Origin: a virus
DNA length: 48,126 nucleotides
IMG/VR virus record: IMGVR_UViG_2864926767_000001
Strand: one strand, 5' to 3'
Shown here: positions 19,753 to 30,681 of the stretch, in pieces
Layout of the letters: each line of letters begins with the position of its first letter
Position numbering within the stretch: position 1 is the first letter of the stretch
Notes under the pieces: model-generated
The model's database searches: none
Told to the model about the DNA's origin: nothing
The model's input: only the letters and a program-made list of their open reading frames with translations
Program-made: the position numbers and the translations under genes

Positions 19753-19784
19753 AAAAGAAACGCCGGCATCAGCCGGCGTTTTTC
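19753..19784. terminator. Bidirectional intrinsic terminator
   Basis: AAACGCCGGC-ATCA-GCCGGCGTTTTT between convergent genes. Confidence 0.8.
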
Positions 19785-19798
19785 ATTGCTGCGTAGGG

Positions 19799-21016
19799 TT
19801 AGTTACCCTTCACGCACAGCACTTGCTTGAGGGTATGGACTACCTCAACCAGGTCTTTCTGGTTCTCCATCACCACGTCGATGGGCTTGTAGGCCGAAGG
19901 CAGCTCGTCCAGAACGTCGGAGTCCTTGCGGCACTCCACGCCTGCAGTCTGCTTTTCAAGGTCAGCCGTGGTGAACGCCTTGCGGGCCGCGTTACGGCTC
20001 ATGCGGCGGCCGGCGCCATGGGAGCAGGAGCAGTAAGACTCGACGCTACCCTTCCCTCGCACGACGTAGCTCTTATCTCCCATCGATCCTGGGATGATTC
20101 CCAGTTCTCCCAGGCCGGCGCGTGTGGCGCCCTTGCGGGTGATCCAGAGCTCTTCGCCATCATGAGTTTCTCGGACGGCGTAGTTGTGGTGCACCGATGA
20201 CGCTTCGCTGGTGAACACGAATGGCTTGGGAATGTGCTTGCGAATCGCAAGGATCACCTGCTCCATCATGTGTGCCCGGTTCTGCAGGGCGAAGTCCTGG
20301 GCCCACCCCAGCGCTGCGGTGTACTGGTCGAACGTGTCGGTGCCTTCCACCAGGTGCGCCAGGTCAGGATCGTCGAGCTCGAGGCCCTTTTTCTGGATCT
20401 CTTCCTTCGCCTGGTTGATGAAGTGGGTGCCGATCATGTTGCCGATGCCGCGAGAGCCCGAGTGCAACATCACCCAGACGTTCTGATCCTCATCGAGGCA
20501 TACCTCGATGAAGTGGTTGCCTGAGCCAAGGGAACCCAACTGACTCGACGCTTTCGCCATTGCATCCGTCCAGTCCTGAGACCGGCCGGCGAAGACGTTG
20601 GTGATCGCGCGCTTGGCCATCTCGGAAGGCACAGGCAGGCGCTTCTCGTTGGCGCGCTGCTTGTCGTGGCTGGAGTGGTGGCCACCGGTTCCCAGCGGGA
20701 TCAGGTTCTCGATCTCGTGGCGCAAGGGCTGGAGGTTCTGCGGAAGATCGCTGGCAGTCAGGGACAGACGCACGGCGTTAACGCCGCAGCCGATGTCGAC
20801 GCCAACGGCGGCCGGGATGATCGCACCCTTGGTAGCGATGACACTGCCGATGGTGGAGCCTTTGCCGGCGTGCACGTCAGGCATTACCGCCAGGCCGCGC
20901 CCGGCGATGAAGGGCAGCCGAGAAAGGTTCTTCAGCTGCGCCAGGGCCATGTCTTCGACTTCGTCAGTCCAGATGGTGATACGAGCCGCACCGGGCTCAT
21001 GGATTACCTGTTTCAT
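19799..21016 (-). CDS. rtcB: RtcB RNA ligase (3'-P/5'-OH)
   Basis: MPDVHAGKG, VGVDIGCG, GSLGSGNHFIE, LHSGSRG, HHNY, RKGA, IPGSMG, SCSHGAGR, DELPSAYK, C-terminal VKG. Confidence 0.96.
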   Translation of the reverse strand: MKQVIHEPGAARITIWTDEVEDMALAQLKNLSRLPFIAGRGLAVMPDVHAGKGSTIGSVIATKGAIIPAAVGVDIGCGVNAVRLSLTASDLPQNLQPLRHEIENLIPLGTGGHHSSHDKQRANEKRLPVPSEMAKRAITNVFAGRSQDWTDAMAKASSQLGSLGSGNHFIEVCLDEDQNVWVMLHSGSRGIGNMIGTHFINQAKEEIQKKGLELDDPDLAHLVEGTDTFDQYTAALGWAQDFALQNRAHMMEQVILAIRKHIPKPFVFTSEASSVHHNYAVRETHDGEELWITRKGATRAGLGELGIIPGSMGDKSYVVRGKGSVESYCSCSHGAGRRMSRNAARKAFTTADLEKQTAGVECRKDSDVLDELPSAYKPIDVVMENQKDLVEVVHTLKQVLCVKGN

Positions 21017-21231
21017 TGGTCATTCCTTGTAGTGTTGGAGATGCCTCATGGGCTCAGCCTTTCTCTACGACCAAGTGCTCCAAAGCGCACCGACTCCTGA
21101 TTGGGTATCAAGAGCCTTTCATTCGTTCCCGAGTCAGGGCAGCGGCTCATTTTACAGTGCCTTGGACATGCATCAAATCAATTTCAAGGTAAAAGACCTG
21201 GTGTTTTCGAATGGTGTTATCATCACACCTA

Positions 21232-21445
21232 TTGGGCACTAGCCACTCCCACGCGTCTGAAGTGGTGATGCAAACCCAAGCCCGCAGCTCTGCCGTAGCG
21301 ATCATCCCTCAGCAACGGTAGGCGCGATAAAATGCCGACCGGGGAAGCAAACTGCCCGGTCGGGAGGCCGTCCTTAGTAGCCCTATGCCGCCAGGTCATG
21401 GCCCCTTCGGGTTCGGGATGAGAAAAGCTCGAGGGGTTCCCTCTT
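21232..21445 (+). ncRNA. Candidate structured RNA (unassigned; strand tentative)
   Basis: Several consecutive stems, a possible pseudoknot and a cUUCGg loop; extended -10 TGTTATCAT just upstream; no credible ORF. Confidence 0.35.
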
Positions 21446-21461
21446 CCAAGGATACTGCAGC

Positions 21462-21797
21462 ATGACGACAGACGTTTCCACACTCATCTCCAAGATGGAG
21501 ATGCACTGGAACGACGGCCGGAGCAGCAAAGCCTTCGATCTCCTCTTCGAGCACGTCGAAGACATCTTTTACAAGCGCTGGCCAGAGGGTCTAAAGCCCC
21601 TCATCGATGCTTCCACAGGCAGAAATCTGCCGCCTATGCTCGCAGTGTCGATACTTCGGGCTACCAGCCGGGCGAAGAAATCCCCGGAGGTAGCACCGGC
21701 ATGGGCTGCATTATGCAGCGAGACCTATCAGCGCCTCTGCGCAGACGGGGAAAGCATGCCTGCAAGCAGGATTATGCGCGGGATGTTGCCGATCTGA
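21462..21797 (+). CDS. Hypothetical protein
   Basis: 111-aa ORF with AAGGA upstream. Confidence 0.6.
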   Translation: MTTDVSTLISKMEMHWNDGRSSKAFDLLFEHVEDIFYKRWPEGLKPLIDASTGRNLPPMLAVSILRATSRAKKSPEVAPAWAALCSETYQRLCADGESMPASRIMRGMLPI

Positions 21798-22063
21798 TCT
21801 ACTTGGCGCCAGGAAGCTTCCCTGTGCGCGACCACTCTTCGAACGCAGCATCGCCAGCCTTGGCGGCCTCCCGCACATCTTCCCACGTCAGCGGCCGTCC
21901 GATCCTTTTCCTGGGGCTCACCGAGGTTTTCTCTTTCATCGCTCACTCCTATTTTTGTGAAGGCAGCAGATCAGGTTATCACCGCCTGCAATTTCGTGCA
22001 AAAGGTGTGGCAAAGCAGGCCTTGCGTATATACAATGTATCTACCGAAGGAAAGGTGCCAACC

Positions 22064-22333
22064 ATGCAGCTACAGACCCGTTTTCTAGACGAAATTGACG
22101 CCTCTAAAGAGGGAATGAACTGGCTCCTCGAGATAGGGCGTGTTCGGGGCTGTCAACGTGTCGAGGCTGTCGTAGGTGAGAGCGCCAACGGCCTGGTTAA
22201 GTCAGCCTGGCGGGATAACACATTGGTTGCCTACTTCATTGTGGTGCGCGACCTCCAGAACTGGTCAGTCCTGGTCTGCCATGACGTCGATCCCCGCACC
22301 CAAGCCAAGGTGACCATCGATGGAGCGCCTTAA
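22064..22333 (+). CDS. Hypothetical protein
   Basis: AAAGGT SD before ATG 22064. Confidence 0.55.
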   Translation: MQLQTRFLDEIDASKEGMNWLLEIGRVRGCQRVEAVVGESANGLVKSAWRDNTLVAYFIVVRDLQNWSVLVCHDVDPRTQAKVTIDGAP

Positions 22334-22511
22334 GTTCTGGAGGAGCGGCGAGGCGATCACGGTGATCGGTCAGCTGCTCCTCATCGTCGGCATGATCACA
22401 ACGAGCCACTTTGCGAGAACCTCTGTACTCGGCTCGATTGCTGGCGCTACAGCCATCCTCGCCGGCTGCGTCGTTACTTCCTCTGCCCGCAAGCGAGCCA
22501 CCTACCTCTAG
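22320..22511 (+). CDS. Small membrane protein
   Basis: Two hydrophobic helices; overlaps the upstream gene. Confidence 0.45.
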   Translation: MERLKFWRSGEAITVIGQLLLIVGMITTSHFARTSVLGSIAGATAILAGCVVTSSARKRATYL

Positions 22512-22528
22512 ACTCTCAAGGAAGCCAC

Positions 22529-24163
22529 ATGTCGCTCCGCATTCCAGTAAACGTCCTCCAGAACACCACCCATCAGCGGTTCAACCTTCTCCGCAGTCCT
22601 TCAGGGAGCGCGCGAGACAGTGTTCACCTGCCGCTGGATGACTACGAGGATGACTTGCTGGAGGACATCCTGAAGGCTGCTGTTACTGCTAAGGACAAGC
22701 GCTCCGAGCGCGCCCTGGAAGCCATCATCAGCTCCCGCAAACATCGGGAGGACATTGTTGTCCCTTCCTTCCTGGCCTTCCACCAGCTCCTTACGAGCTA
22801 CCTCGCCAAAGACGCCATCGACTCCTGGCTCTACATGGAGTGCCAGGACGGCAGCATCAATCCGGTGCTGATCACGAAAGTTGATTACTCAACTAACTCT
22901 TACGGTAGCAAGCTGACCGAGAAAGTCACGATCAACGTGGCCTACGTCGGACGTGTTGAAGAACGAGGTGATTCGTCCTTGTCCCTGGTCAGCGACTACA
23001 TCTCCTTCTCCCCGGAAGGCGTGGCCCGTAAGAAGGTGTCCGCGATCCTGGCGGCCCAAGGGCTTCAGAAGGAAACACCTGAGCTCAAGGCCGCCTATGT
23101 GGAACAGCTCAAGGTGCACAAAGAGCTTACCGAAGGGGCGTTTGCAAAGCAGTTTCGCTTCAGCGGGCGCGTCTACAAGTTCGACAAGGACAACTACAAC
23201 CGCAAGAGCACGAAGTACTTCGACTGCCCTGTGGTGAACGACCTCCACGACTCAGACGTCGCGCCGCTTCCGACGCATGCCGATCTGCAGTTCCTCCCCG
23301 ATGACAATGGGCAGGAGTTCACGGGCGAGATCCCTCATCACACCATCGTCCCGGTATTCGATCTGCTGGCCCAGGAAACCTTCTGGGTTAGCAGCGGCTT
23401 CCTGACGCCCTACGCCTACCGCCCTGAGCTTCGGGATGAGCTTGTACTCCCCGAGTCTCATACCGATCTGCTGGACATCCTGACGGCTGACATCGAGGAC
23501 TACCGCTCGGACGTGGTCGAAGGCAAGGTCTCTGGGAACATCATCCTCTGTGCCGGGGAAGCAGGCCTGGGCAAGACACTCACTGCAGAGATTTACGCGG
23601 AGATCGTTCAACGACCTCTCCTCCGCGCGCCGGCATCGATGCTTGGTACTGACGCTACCTCTGTGTCCAATAACCTGGACAGGCTGTTTGGCCTGTGCCG
23701 GCGCCTGGGCCTGATCATGCTCCTCGACGAAGTGGATGTTTACGTCGCCAAGCGTGACCTCGACATCGGCCGTAACGCTGTCGTTTCGGAGATGCTGCGT
23801 AAGTTCGAGTACTTCGGCGAGCTGATTTTCGCTACCACGAACCGCCCGGACGAGATTGACCAGGCGTTTAAGTCTCGCTGCGCAGCGATCATCCGCTACG
23901 ACTACCCGACACCTGATAACGCGGCCGCGATCTGGAAGAAGAAAGCAGAGGCCATCAACCTGGCGCTACCAGATGAGCTGGTGTCCAAATTGGTCACCCT
24001 CTTCCCCCAGCTGGCGCCACGGGATACCCGTGAACTGGTACGCCTGGCCGCTCGCCACGTCGACAAGAAGGGGTGTGCGGTCGACATCGACCTCTTCCGC
24101 AAGATCGCGATGTTCCGCGACGTGAAGATGGTGGCGGCAACAGATGAGGCTGCGCATGCGTGA
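22529..24163 (+). CDS. AAA+ ATPase
   Basis: Walker A GEAGLGKT-LTAE, Walker B LLDEVDV, FATTNR, IDQAFKSR. Confidence 0.88.
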   Translation: MSLRIPVNVLQNTTHQRFNLLRSPSGSARDSVHLPLDDYEDDLLEDILKAAVTAKDKRSERALEAIISSRKHREDIVVPSFLAFHQLLTSYLAKDAIDSWLYMECQDGSINPVLITKVDYSTNSYGSKLTEKVTINVAYVGRVEERGDSSLSLVSDYISFSPEGVARKKVSAILAAQGLQKETPELKAAYVEQLKVHKELTEGAFAKQFRFSGRVYKFDKDNYNRKSTKYFDCPVVNDLHDSDVAPLPTHADLQFLPDDNGQEFTGEIPHHTIVPVFDLLAQETFWVSSGFLTPYAYRPELRDELVLPESHTDLLDILTADIEDYRSDVVEGKVSGNIILCAGEAGLGKTLTAEIYAEIVQRPLLRAPASMLGTDATSVSNNLDRLFGLCRRLGLIMLLDEVDVYVAKRDLDIGRNAVVSEMLRKFEYFGELIFATTNRPDEIDQAFKSRCAAIIRYDYPTPDNAAAIWKKKAEAINLALPDELVSKLVTLFPQLAPRDTRELVRLAARHVDKKGCAVDIDLFRKIAMFRDVKMVAATDEAAHA

Positions 24164-24545
24164 AGTCACCATTGATGACTTCATCATGCCCGAGTTCCGG
24201 GGAAAGAAGCCCGAGGACTACGAGCGTCGAGAAGACGGCAAAATTGTTCGCAAAGACCGCTGGGAAACCGCCGTCCAACAGATCCGCGAAATAGTACGGG
24301 TGGACAGCAGGAACTGGGAGGTTGGCGACGTCGTTGCAGCAGTTGAGAGCCTCGCAGCAGACCTCAACGACTGGAATCGCATAGATGACTATGACGACCT
24401 GCCTGAAAAGGACGGTGTGTTCCACCTTCGCCTGGAGGACGGGAGCATTTTGCGGAAGGTCGTGTTCAATCGCCAATCCAAGTCCTGGACTTGGCTAGGA
24501 GCTACCCTCTCCGAAAGCCCTCAGGCATGGCGAGATGTGCAATGA
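24156..24545 (+). CDS. Hypothetical protein
   Basis: Overlaps the AAA+ stop (ATGCGTGA); PEFRG..PEDYE.REDGKIVRKDRWE. Confidence 0.7.
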   Translation: MREVTIDDFIMPEFRGKKPEDYERREDGKIVRKDRWETAVQQIREIVRVDSRNWEVGDVVAAVESLAADLNDWNRIDDYDDLPEKDGVFHLRLEDGSILRKVVFNRQSKSWTWLGATLSESPQAWRDVQ

Positions 24546-24547
24546 AG

Positions 24548-24574
24548 AAGGCCGGGCTTGATGCCCGGCCTTTT
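24548..24574. terminator. Intrinsic terminator
   Basis: AAGGCCGGGC-TTGAT-GCCCGGCCTTTT. Confidence 0.8.
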
Positions 24575-24576
24575 CG

Positions 24577-25563
24577 TTACGCCTGCAGCCCCTTGTTCAT
24601 CTCAAACTGCAGGGTGAAGAACTCGGTGAGGTAGCTCTCCAGTGCTGGCTTAGAGGCAGGCCAGTTCTCCATGCCCTCCCGCAGACGAAGCGGGAGGCGA
24701 GGATCTTCACAGCCTGGGTGCACGCGCGCCAGGAAGGCTAAGCCACGCTCGCTGATCTTCAGCTTATTGCCGACCTCCTCAACTAGTCCAGCAGCCAGGA
24801 GCTGATTGCTGATGTCCAAACGGCTTATTGGGCTTCCCCAGCGCACTTCCGGATTAGAAGCGGTTGCCCGGTCACGGTAGAGATTATGAGCTTCCTTGGC
24901 TCCAGAGCGCTTGAGACGGAAGAGAATCTGCAGAGCATACTTGCTCACCCAAGCCTTCTCTGCAGGTACACCTACGCCGAGAAGGGCAGGCGTGAACGCT
25001 GCCAAGGCAAGCTGGCTGTAGTTCCAATCGAACCAGCGTTTGGCCTGTCCGTGGCGAACCGCATCAAGAAACGCATGACTGTGAGTAGTCATGTCTTGGG
25101 CCTGAAGGCCATGCACAATCGAAGCTTGATCCAATGCCGTTGGCCAGAGGGCTTTTCGCTTAGCATTCAACGACTCCTCACCCAAGATTCGGGAGAGTGA
25201 CGATTGGAAGCCGTAGGCCCCTGAATAGTCTGGATCGCATGCGTACACAATCTCGCCGGCAGCACGCAATGCGCGCTCTACCGGGGGAAGGCCTTCCCCG
25301 ACCATCTTGAGGTCGTGCTCACCCTCTAAGGAATAAACCTGCGGCCAGTACTCCCATGGCTGCAGCTGGGGCTCGCTGAAAGCAATTGTCTGATCTCGAT
25401 TGTCGGGATTCTTCAGCTTAAAGAGTCCAGCGATGCTGCGGCACACGATGAAACCGATTTTTTTACCCGGCCAGTGCTTGGCTACAGGGCCTGCGATCTG
25501 TTTTGCGAATGCCTGTTTCTCTGTGAAAAGCAGGATGTCGAATGTTACGGCTTGGGTGCTCAT
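24577..25563 (-). CDS. Topoisomerase IA-derived protein with intact Toprim motifs, no catalytic Tyr motif
   Basis: LLFTEK, IVYACDPDYSG (DxD), AKRWFDWNY, WGSPISR; AAGGAG SD before ATG 25563/25566. Confidence 0.7.
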   Translation of the reverse strand: MSTQAVTFDILLFTEKQAFAKQIAGPVAKHWPGKKIGFIVCRSIAGLFKLKNPDNRDQTIAFSEPQLQPWEYWPQVYSLEGEHDLKMVGEGLPPVERALRAAGEIVYACDPDYSGAYGFQSSLSRILGEESLNAKRKALWPTALDQASIVHGLQAQDMTTHSHAFLDAVRHGQAKRWFDWNYSQLALAAFTPALLGVGVPAEKAWVSKYALQILFRLKRSGAKEAHNLYRDRATASNPEVRWGSPISRLDISNQLLAAGLVEEVGNKLKISERGLAFLARVHPGCEDPRLPLRLREGMENWPASKPALESYLTEFFTLQFEMNKGLQA

Positions 25564-25585
25564 CATGAGCTCCTTCTGGTCGAAA

Positions 25586-26593
25586 TTAGGCAGCTTCGCT
25601 GGAGGCCTCGACAGGTTCAGCACGAGGCTGGAAGTGAATCTTGAGGTAGCGCTCGATGCGGGCTCGTGCAGTGTCGATCTGCATGCACATCCAGGACTGA
25701 AGCCTGCCGGCCTGATCTGGATCGCAGCACTTATCCGGAATTGACGAGAGGAATCGGTAGCCAACGGTAGTGCATCTATAGGCCTCCCCATCTTCCTGGA
25801 GAAGCCCGACGCGCAGTAGGTTCCCCAAGATCTTGGGTTGCGAATCTGCACTTCCCAGGTTTACCGGGAAGTAGGCCATGGTTCCGCTCCACTCGAGCAT
25901 CATCTCAGCCAGATCGGGCTTCGTAACAAGACCTAGCGAGGCAACGCGGTAAAGCAACTGTAGGCAGTGCTTGGTGATCACAAATTCACTGTCACTGAGC
26001 CCAGCCGCAGCCAACAGGGGACTGAAGTGCTTGGCAGAGGCGAGGTTGTAGTTGAAGTCGAAGTAGGCCTTGATCCGCCCGGCCGTCACCTGTTTCGGGA
26101 AGATCTCTCCATGCGTGTTCCATGGGTTAGCCATAGCTCGACGCACGAGCTCTTCACAAGTGGTACCAGGCGCAATCAGCGAGTACGGCTCTTCCACCCG
26201 GCTGCGGGAGTGGAAGCATTTGGAAATTTCCATGAAGGCAATGGCGCCAGAATGCGTAGGCGAGCACGCACAGATTATGCTGGGCGATGTGTTGAGCATC
26301 TCGCGGCAGGTGTACTTAGAAGCGCAGGCGAAGCCTCCGTGGAATTCGTAGGCCTGGCGGAGGAGCCCGGAGATCCTCCAGGATGGCTCCGCGAAGGCCT
26401 CAGGAACAGCTGCAGTTGCCTTACTGTAGTCCAGAGACACGCTCATGCAGCGGTCGCCCAAGCCCAACAGGACAGCGAAGCAACGTACACCTGGCCAGAC
26501 GCTCGGCGCCTGTGCGGCGAGGGCTCGCATCATCTTCATGTCATCGACCACCAGCAGTAGGTGGCCGGTCGGGCAGGTCAAGCTCATCTGCAC
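25586..26593 (-). CDS. Topoisomerase IA-derived protein, degenerate Toprim
   Basis: LLVVDD, ICACSPTHSG, IKAYFDFNY, LGSADSQ, CCDPDQ..RL..W; tandem paralog of 24577-25563. Confidence 0.6.
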   Translation of the reverse strand: MQMSLTCPTGHLLLVVDDMKMMRALAAQAPSVWPGVRCFAVLLGLGDRCMSVSLDYSKATAAVPEAFAEPSWRISGLLRQAYEFHGGFACASKYTCREMLNTSPSIICACSPTHSGAIAFMEISKCFHSRSRVEEPYSLIAPGTTCEELVRRAMANPWNTHGEIFPKQVTAGRIKAYFDFNYNLASAKHFSPLLAAAGLSDSEFVITKHCLQLLYRVASLGLVTKPDLAEMMLEWSGTMAYFPVNLGSADSQPKILGNLLRVGLLQEDGEAYRCTTVGYRFLSSIPDKCCDPDQAGRLQSWMCMQIDTARARIERYLKIHFQPRAEPVEASSEAA

Positions 26594-26668
26594 ATGTCCT
26601 TAGGGCTGATCGAGCATTCGTCAAAAGTGCAGATAAGCACCTTATTATTTGAATTGCATAAGTGTCAG

Positions 26669-26863
26669 TCAGGCATCATGTAAAACTTTTCTGCTCGTCG
26701 AGTAGAACTTCTCGACCATCTCAAGCGAGCGATAAGAGTCCTGCACCCTCTCGATCTGATGAAGTAACGCGATCATCGAAACGAGTAGCAGAACAATGAA
26801 CCAGCCCGCCCGCACCACCCTCGCAGCAGGATGCGGGCGCGAAACCAGCTTTATGTCACTCAC
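26669..26863 (-). CDS. Small membrane protein
   Basis: One TM-like helix. Confidence 0.35.
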   Translation of the reverse strand: MSDIKLVSRPHPAARVVRAGWFIVLLLVSMIALLHQIERVQDSYRSLEMVEKFYSTSRKVLHDA

Positions 26864-26971
26864 CGGGTATTGGCTCCAGGTTTAGTGTGCACGAAGGCTC
26901 TAGGCCGGGGCTTGGCTTGCAAGCTCAGCTGGCCAGGCCGCATTCTCGCAATTTCCTGCTAATTACGCCAC

Positions 26972-26996
26972 AAAAAAGGCCACCTCGATGGCGGCC
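26972..26996 (-). terminator. Intrinsic terminator
   Basis: Minus strand GGCCGCC-ATCGA-GGTGGCC-TTTTTT after the 27013 gene. Confidence 0.7.
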
Positions 26997-27012
26997 CCTC
27001 GTTCTCGCAGGA

Positions 27013-28032
27013 TCAGGCTGCGCGCTCTTCCCCCAGCGCGCTGTTTGCCCAGGCCAACGCCGCACCGGCTTCCGGATAGTGCTGATAGGGCATGTACTGC
27101 TTCGACAGCAGGCAGAAGACCTTGTCGCTGCTGGGCTGCCCTGCCAGGTGTCCGCACCACTGCAGCTCCGCACTCCCCGGCCGGCCGGCAACCTCAGATA
27201 CCAGAGCCTGTGCCGCAACGCGCTTACCACTCATGATCGTAACTCGGCGCCAATGCTTGTGGAGCAGCGGATCGTTCGCGCGGCCGCCAGCTTGACGGTA
27301 GACCTCGAAGGCACGCAGTAGCACCTCAAACGCCCCATAGATGCTGCCGGCGTTGCCCAGGGCGACCACCACCTGCTCCTCTCGATCCAGGTGATACTCG
27401 CTCACGTAGACTTGGTAGCGCTGGTGAAAGACATCCGCACGCAGCAGATCGTTGGTGCCAGGGATTTCGATGAAAGGAACCCCTTCCTTGAGCACTTCCT
27501 TCAGATCCTGTTCGGCCAGGACAGGCTTCACATAGCCTTCAAGACCCTGCTCATCGAACAACGCATCCAGTGAGACGCCGAACACGTACTGGAAGAAGTC
27601 GTAGATCTCCTCGCGTTCAACACGCTCTGCTGCAAACAGGAGGTCGGCCAGCTGTTGCCAATCGGCGTGGCCACAGGCCCTGGCCCCCATGAGGATCGAG
27701 GTCGGCTGCGCCTCGAGCAGCGAATGATTCAAGTCGAAGGCTGCCGGCCGGGCACTGCTCGCAGCCAGGGACTCCACGGCCTTGATCGAGCGCTTGGATA
27801 CCGCAGCCAAGGTGGCCACACAGCTCAACGGCGAGCCGTTGTACTCCAGATCCAGGCAGTGCAGGAGATTGTTCAGGAGGGCCTTGGGCAGCGCCTCAAA
27901 GGCCGTTCGGGCGGCACCCTTGGTCAGGATGTCCTCGGCAATCGAGGCGCTGTGCATCTGCGCGAACCGCGCCGTGTAGACCCCGAAATCCCGGCGGTCG
28001 AGTACCAGCTTGCGAGCAGGATGTTTCCCCAT
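27013..28032 (-). CDS. Hypothetical protein
   Basis: Long ORF divergent from recA; AAGGTG SD before ATG 28032. Confidence 0.7.
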   Translation of the reverse strand: MGKHPARKLVLDRRDFGVYTARFAQMHSASIAEDILTKGAARTAFEALPKALLNNLLHCLDLEYNGSPLSCVATLAAVSKRSIKAVESLAASSARPAAFDLNHSLLEAQPTSILMGARACGHADWQQLADLLFAAERVEREEIYDFFQYVFGVSLDALFDEQGLEGYVKPVLAEQDLKEVLKEGVPFIEIPGTNDLLRADVFHQRYQVYVSEYHLDREEQVVVALGNAGSIYGAFEVLLRAFEVYRQAGGRANDPLLHKHWRRVTIMSGKRVAAQALVSEVAGRPGSAELQWCGHLAGQPSSDKVFCLLSKQYMPYQHYPEAGAALAWANSALGEERAA

Positions 28033-28170
28033 AACGAATCGCCACCTTTTAAAAATTATTGCCCCGACGAACAGCATATCGATGAGCACAAACCGATGGG
28101 AAACTTTAAGTCTGCCGAGATACCATAGGAGGATATTTTGAAGGCACCCTGCGATTTTCATCATGACATA

Positions 28171-28198
28171 TTGACATGACGTCAATTTTCATTAAAAT
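28171..28198 (+). promoter_or_regulatory. Sigma70-type promoter of recA
   Basis: TTGACA (28171-76), 16-nt spacer, TAAAAT (28193-98); overlaps palindrome TTGAC-ATGAC-GTCAA. Confidence 0.65.
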
Positions 28199-28235
28199 GA
28201 CGATCACAAGGTGCACGGAGCACGAGGAGAGACAC

Positions 28236-29654
<1,419 letters not shown>

Positions 29655-29668
29655 GCTGTTCTCGGATC

Positions 29669-29694
29669 GGCGGGGCCTAGAGCCCCGCCTTTTC
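29669..29694 (+). terminator. Intrinsic terminator after recA
   Basis: GGCGGGGC-CTAGA-GCCCCGCC-TTTT. Confidence 0.75.
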
Positions 29695-29719
29695 TATTCC
29701 ATCGAGACAAGGAAGCACC

Positions 29720-30259
29720 ATGGAACCCATATACGTTCCCGGTAAAGTCCCCGACGCGGATGCTGTCTTCGAGCACCTGTGGGCCAACCTGCCCTGGGCA
29801 GATCGTACTGACGCTCGCCGCGAAGTCTTCTTCAGCGACAAAGGCCTGGCCTACGAGTACGGCTCGGGTGCCGGCGTGCGCCTGTACGAGCCCGAGCTGT
29901 CCTGGGATTCGGTCGTGAAGGGCATTCAGCAAGACGCCGAGCGGGAGTTTGGGGTCAAGTTCGAAGCCTGCTTCATCAACGGCTACGAAACCCAGCACCA
30001 CGCGCTGGGGTGGCATGCCGACGATAGCCCGAGCATCGACGCGACTCGTCCGATACTGGTCTACTCCTTCGGACAGGCACGCGAAATCTGGACGATTCCC
30101 AACGACGGAAACCAGGGCGACAAGCGCGCCTACCTGCTCGAGTCGGGCTCGCTGTTCGTCATGCCGGCGGGCATGCAGCAGACCCACAAGCACCGCATTC
30201 CAAAACATGACCGTCCCTGCAAGCCACGGATCAGCTTGACCTTCCGGGGCCTGGTCTAG
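29720..30259 (+). CDS. AlkB-family 2OG-Fe(II) dioxygenase (ALKBH2/3-like)
   Basis: CFINGY..LGWHADD (HxD), SFG..R, GSL.VM..MQ..HKHRIPK, RISLTFR. Confidence 0.9.
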   Translation: MEPIYVPGKVPDADAVFEHLWANLPWADRTDARREVFFSDKGLAYEYGSGAGVRLYEPELSWDSVVKGIQQDAEREFGVKFEACFINGYETQHHALGWHADDSPSIDATRPILVYSFGQAREIWTIPNDGNQGDKRAYLLESGSLFVMPAGMQQTHKHRIPKHDRPCKPRISLTFRGLV

Positions 30260-30270
30260 GTCTTGGGATG

Positions 30271-30298
30271 AAGAGAGGCGCCATTGGGCGCCTTTTTC
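30271..30298 (+). terminator. Intrinsic terminator
   Basis: AGAGGCGCC-ATTG-GGCGCCTTTTT. Confidence 0.8.
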
Positions 30299-30414
30299 AT
30301 TTCTGTGTTATTCGCTATACGTCGCATATATCAAACAAACTTTCTCGAACTTGAAGTACATCATCGTTACTTCGGATGTTAACATCCGCCTATAACAATA
30401 AGAGGGACACTATA

Positions 30415-30618
30415 GTGAGCCACAACTGCTCCAAGTGCGGATCGCACAACACTCATAAGTTCAACTACGAGCACTTCCGCGTCGACTACCTCGACACTTC
30501 CATCGACTTCCACGGGATTCAGGGCCATCAGTGCCTGGATTGCCGCAACCTTGATCTGTCGCCGGCATGCCAGGCCAAGGTCGATCAAGTTGATATTGCC
30601 ATTCGCGCAGGCCTATAG
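30415..30618 (+). CDS. Small zinc-finger protein (YgiT/MqsA N-terminal-like)
   Basis: CSKCG..IQGHQCLDC; GAGGG SD before GTG 30415. Confidence 0.55.
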   Translation: MSHNCSKCGSHNTHKFNYEHFRVDYLDTSIDFHGIQGHQCLDCRNLDLSPACQAKVDQVDIAIRAGL

Positions 30619-30681
30619 CCGCCGAACATTGCGGGTGCTGGTGATCCATCTGTAAATTTGAGGAATACGCAGGAGATTTCC

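Noticed and set aside
21229-21483. 84-aa minus-strand ORF upstream of rtcB
   Set aside because: No SD or motif, overlaps the start of a divergent gene; better explained as a structured non-coding region
25564-25851. N-terminal extension of ORF 24577-25851
   Set aside because: Overlaps the upstream paralog; SD and Toprim start support ATG 25563/25566
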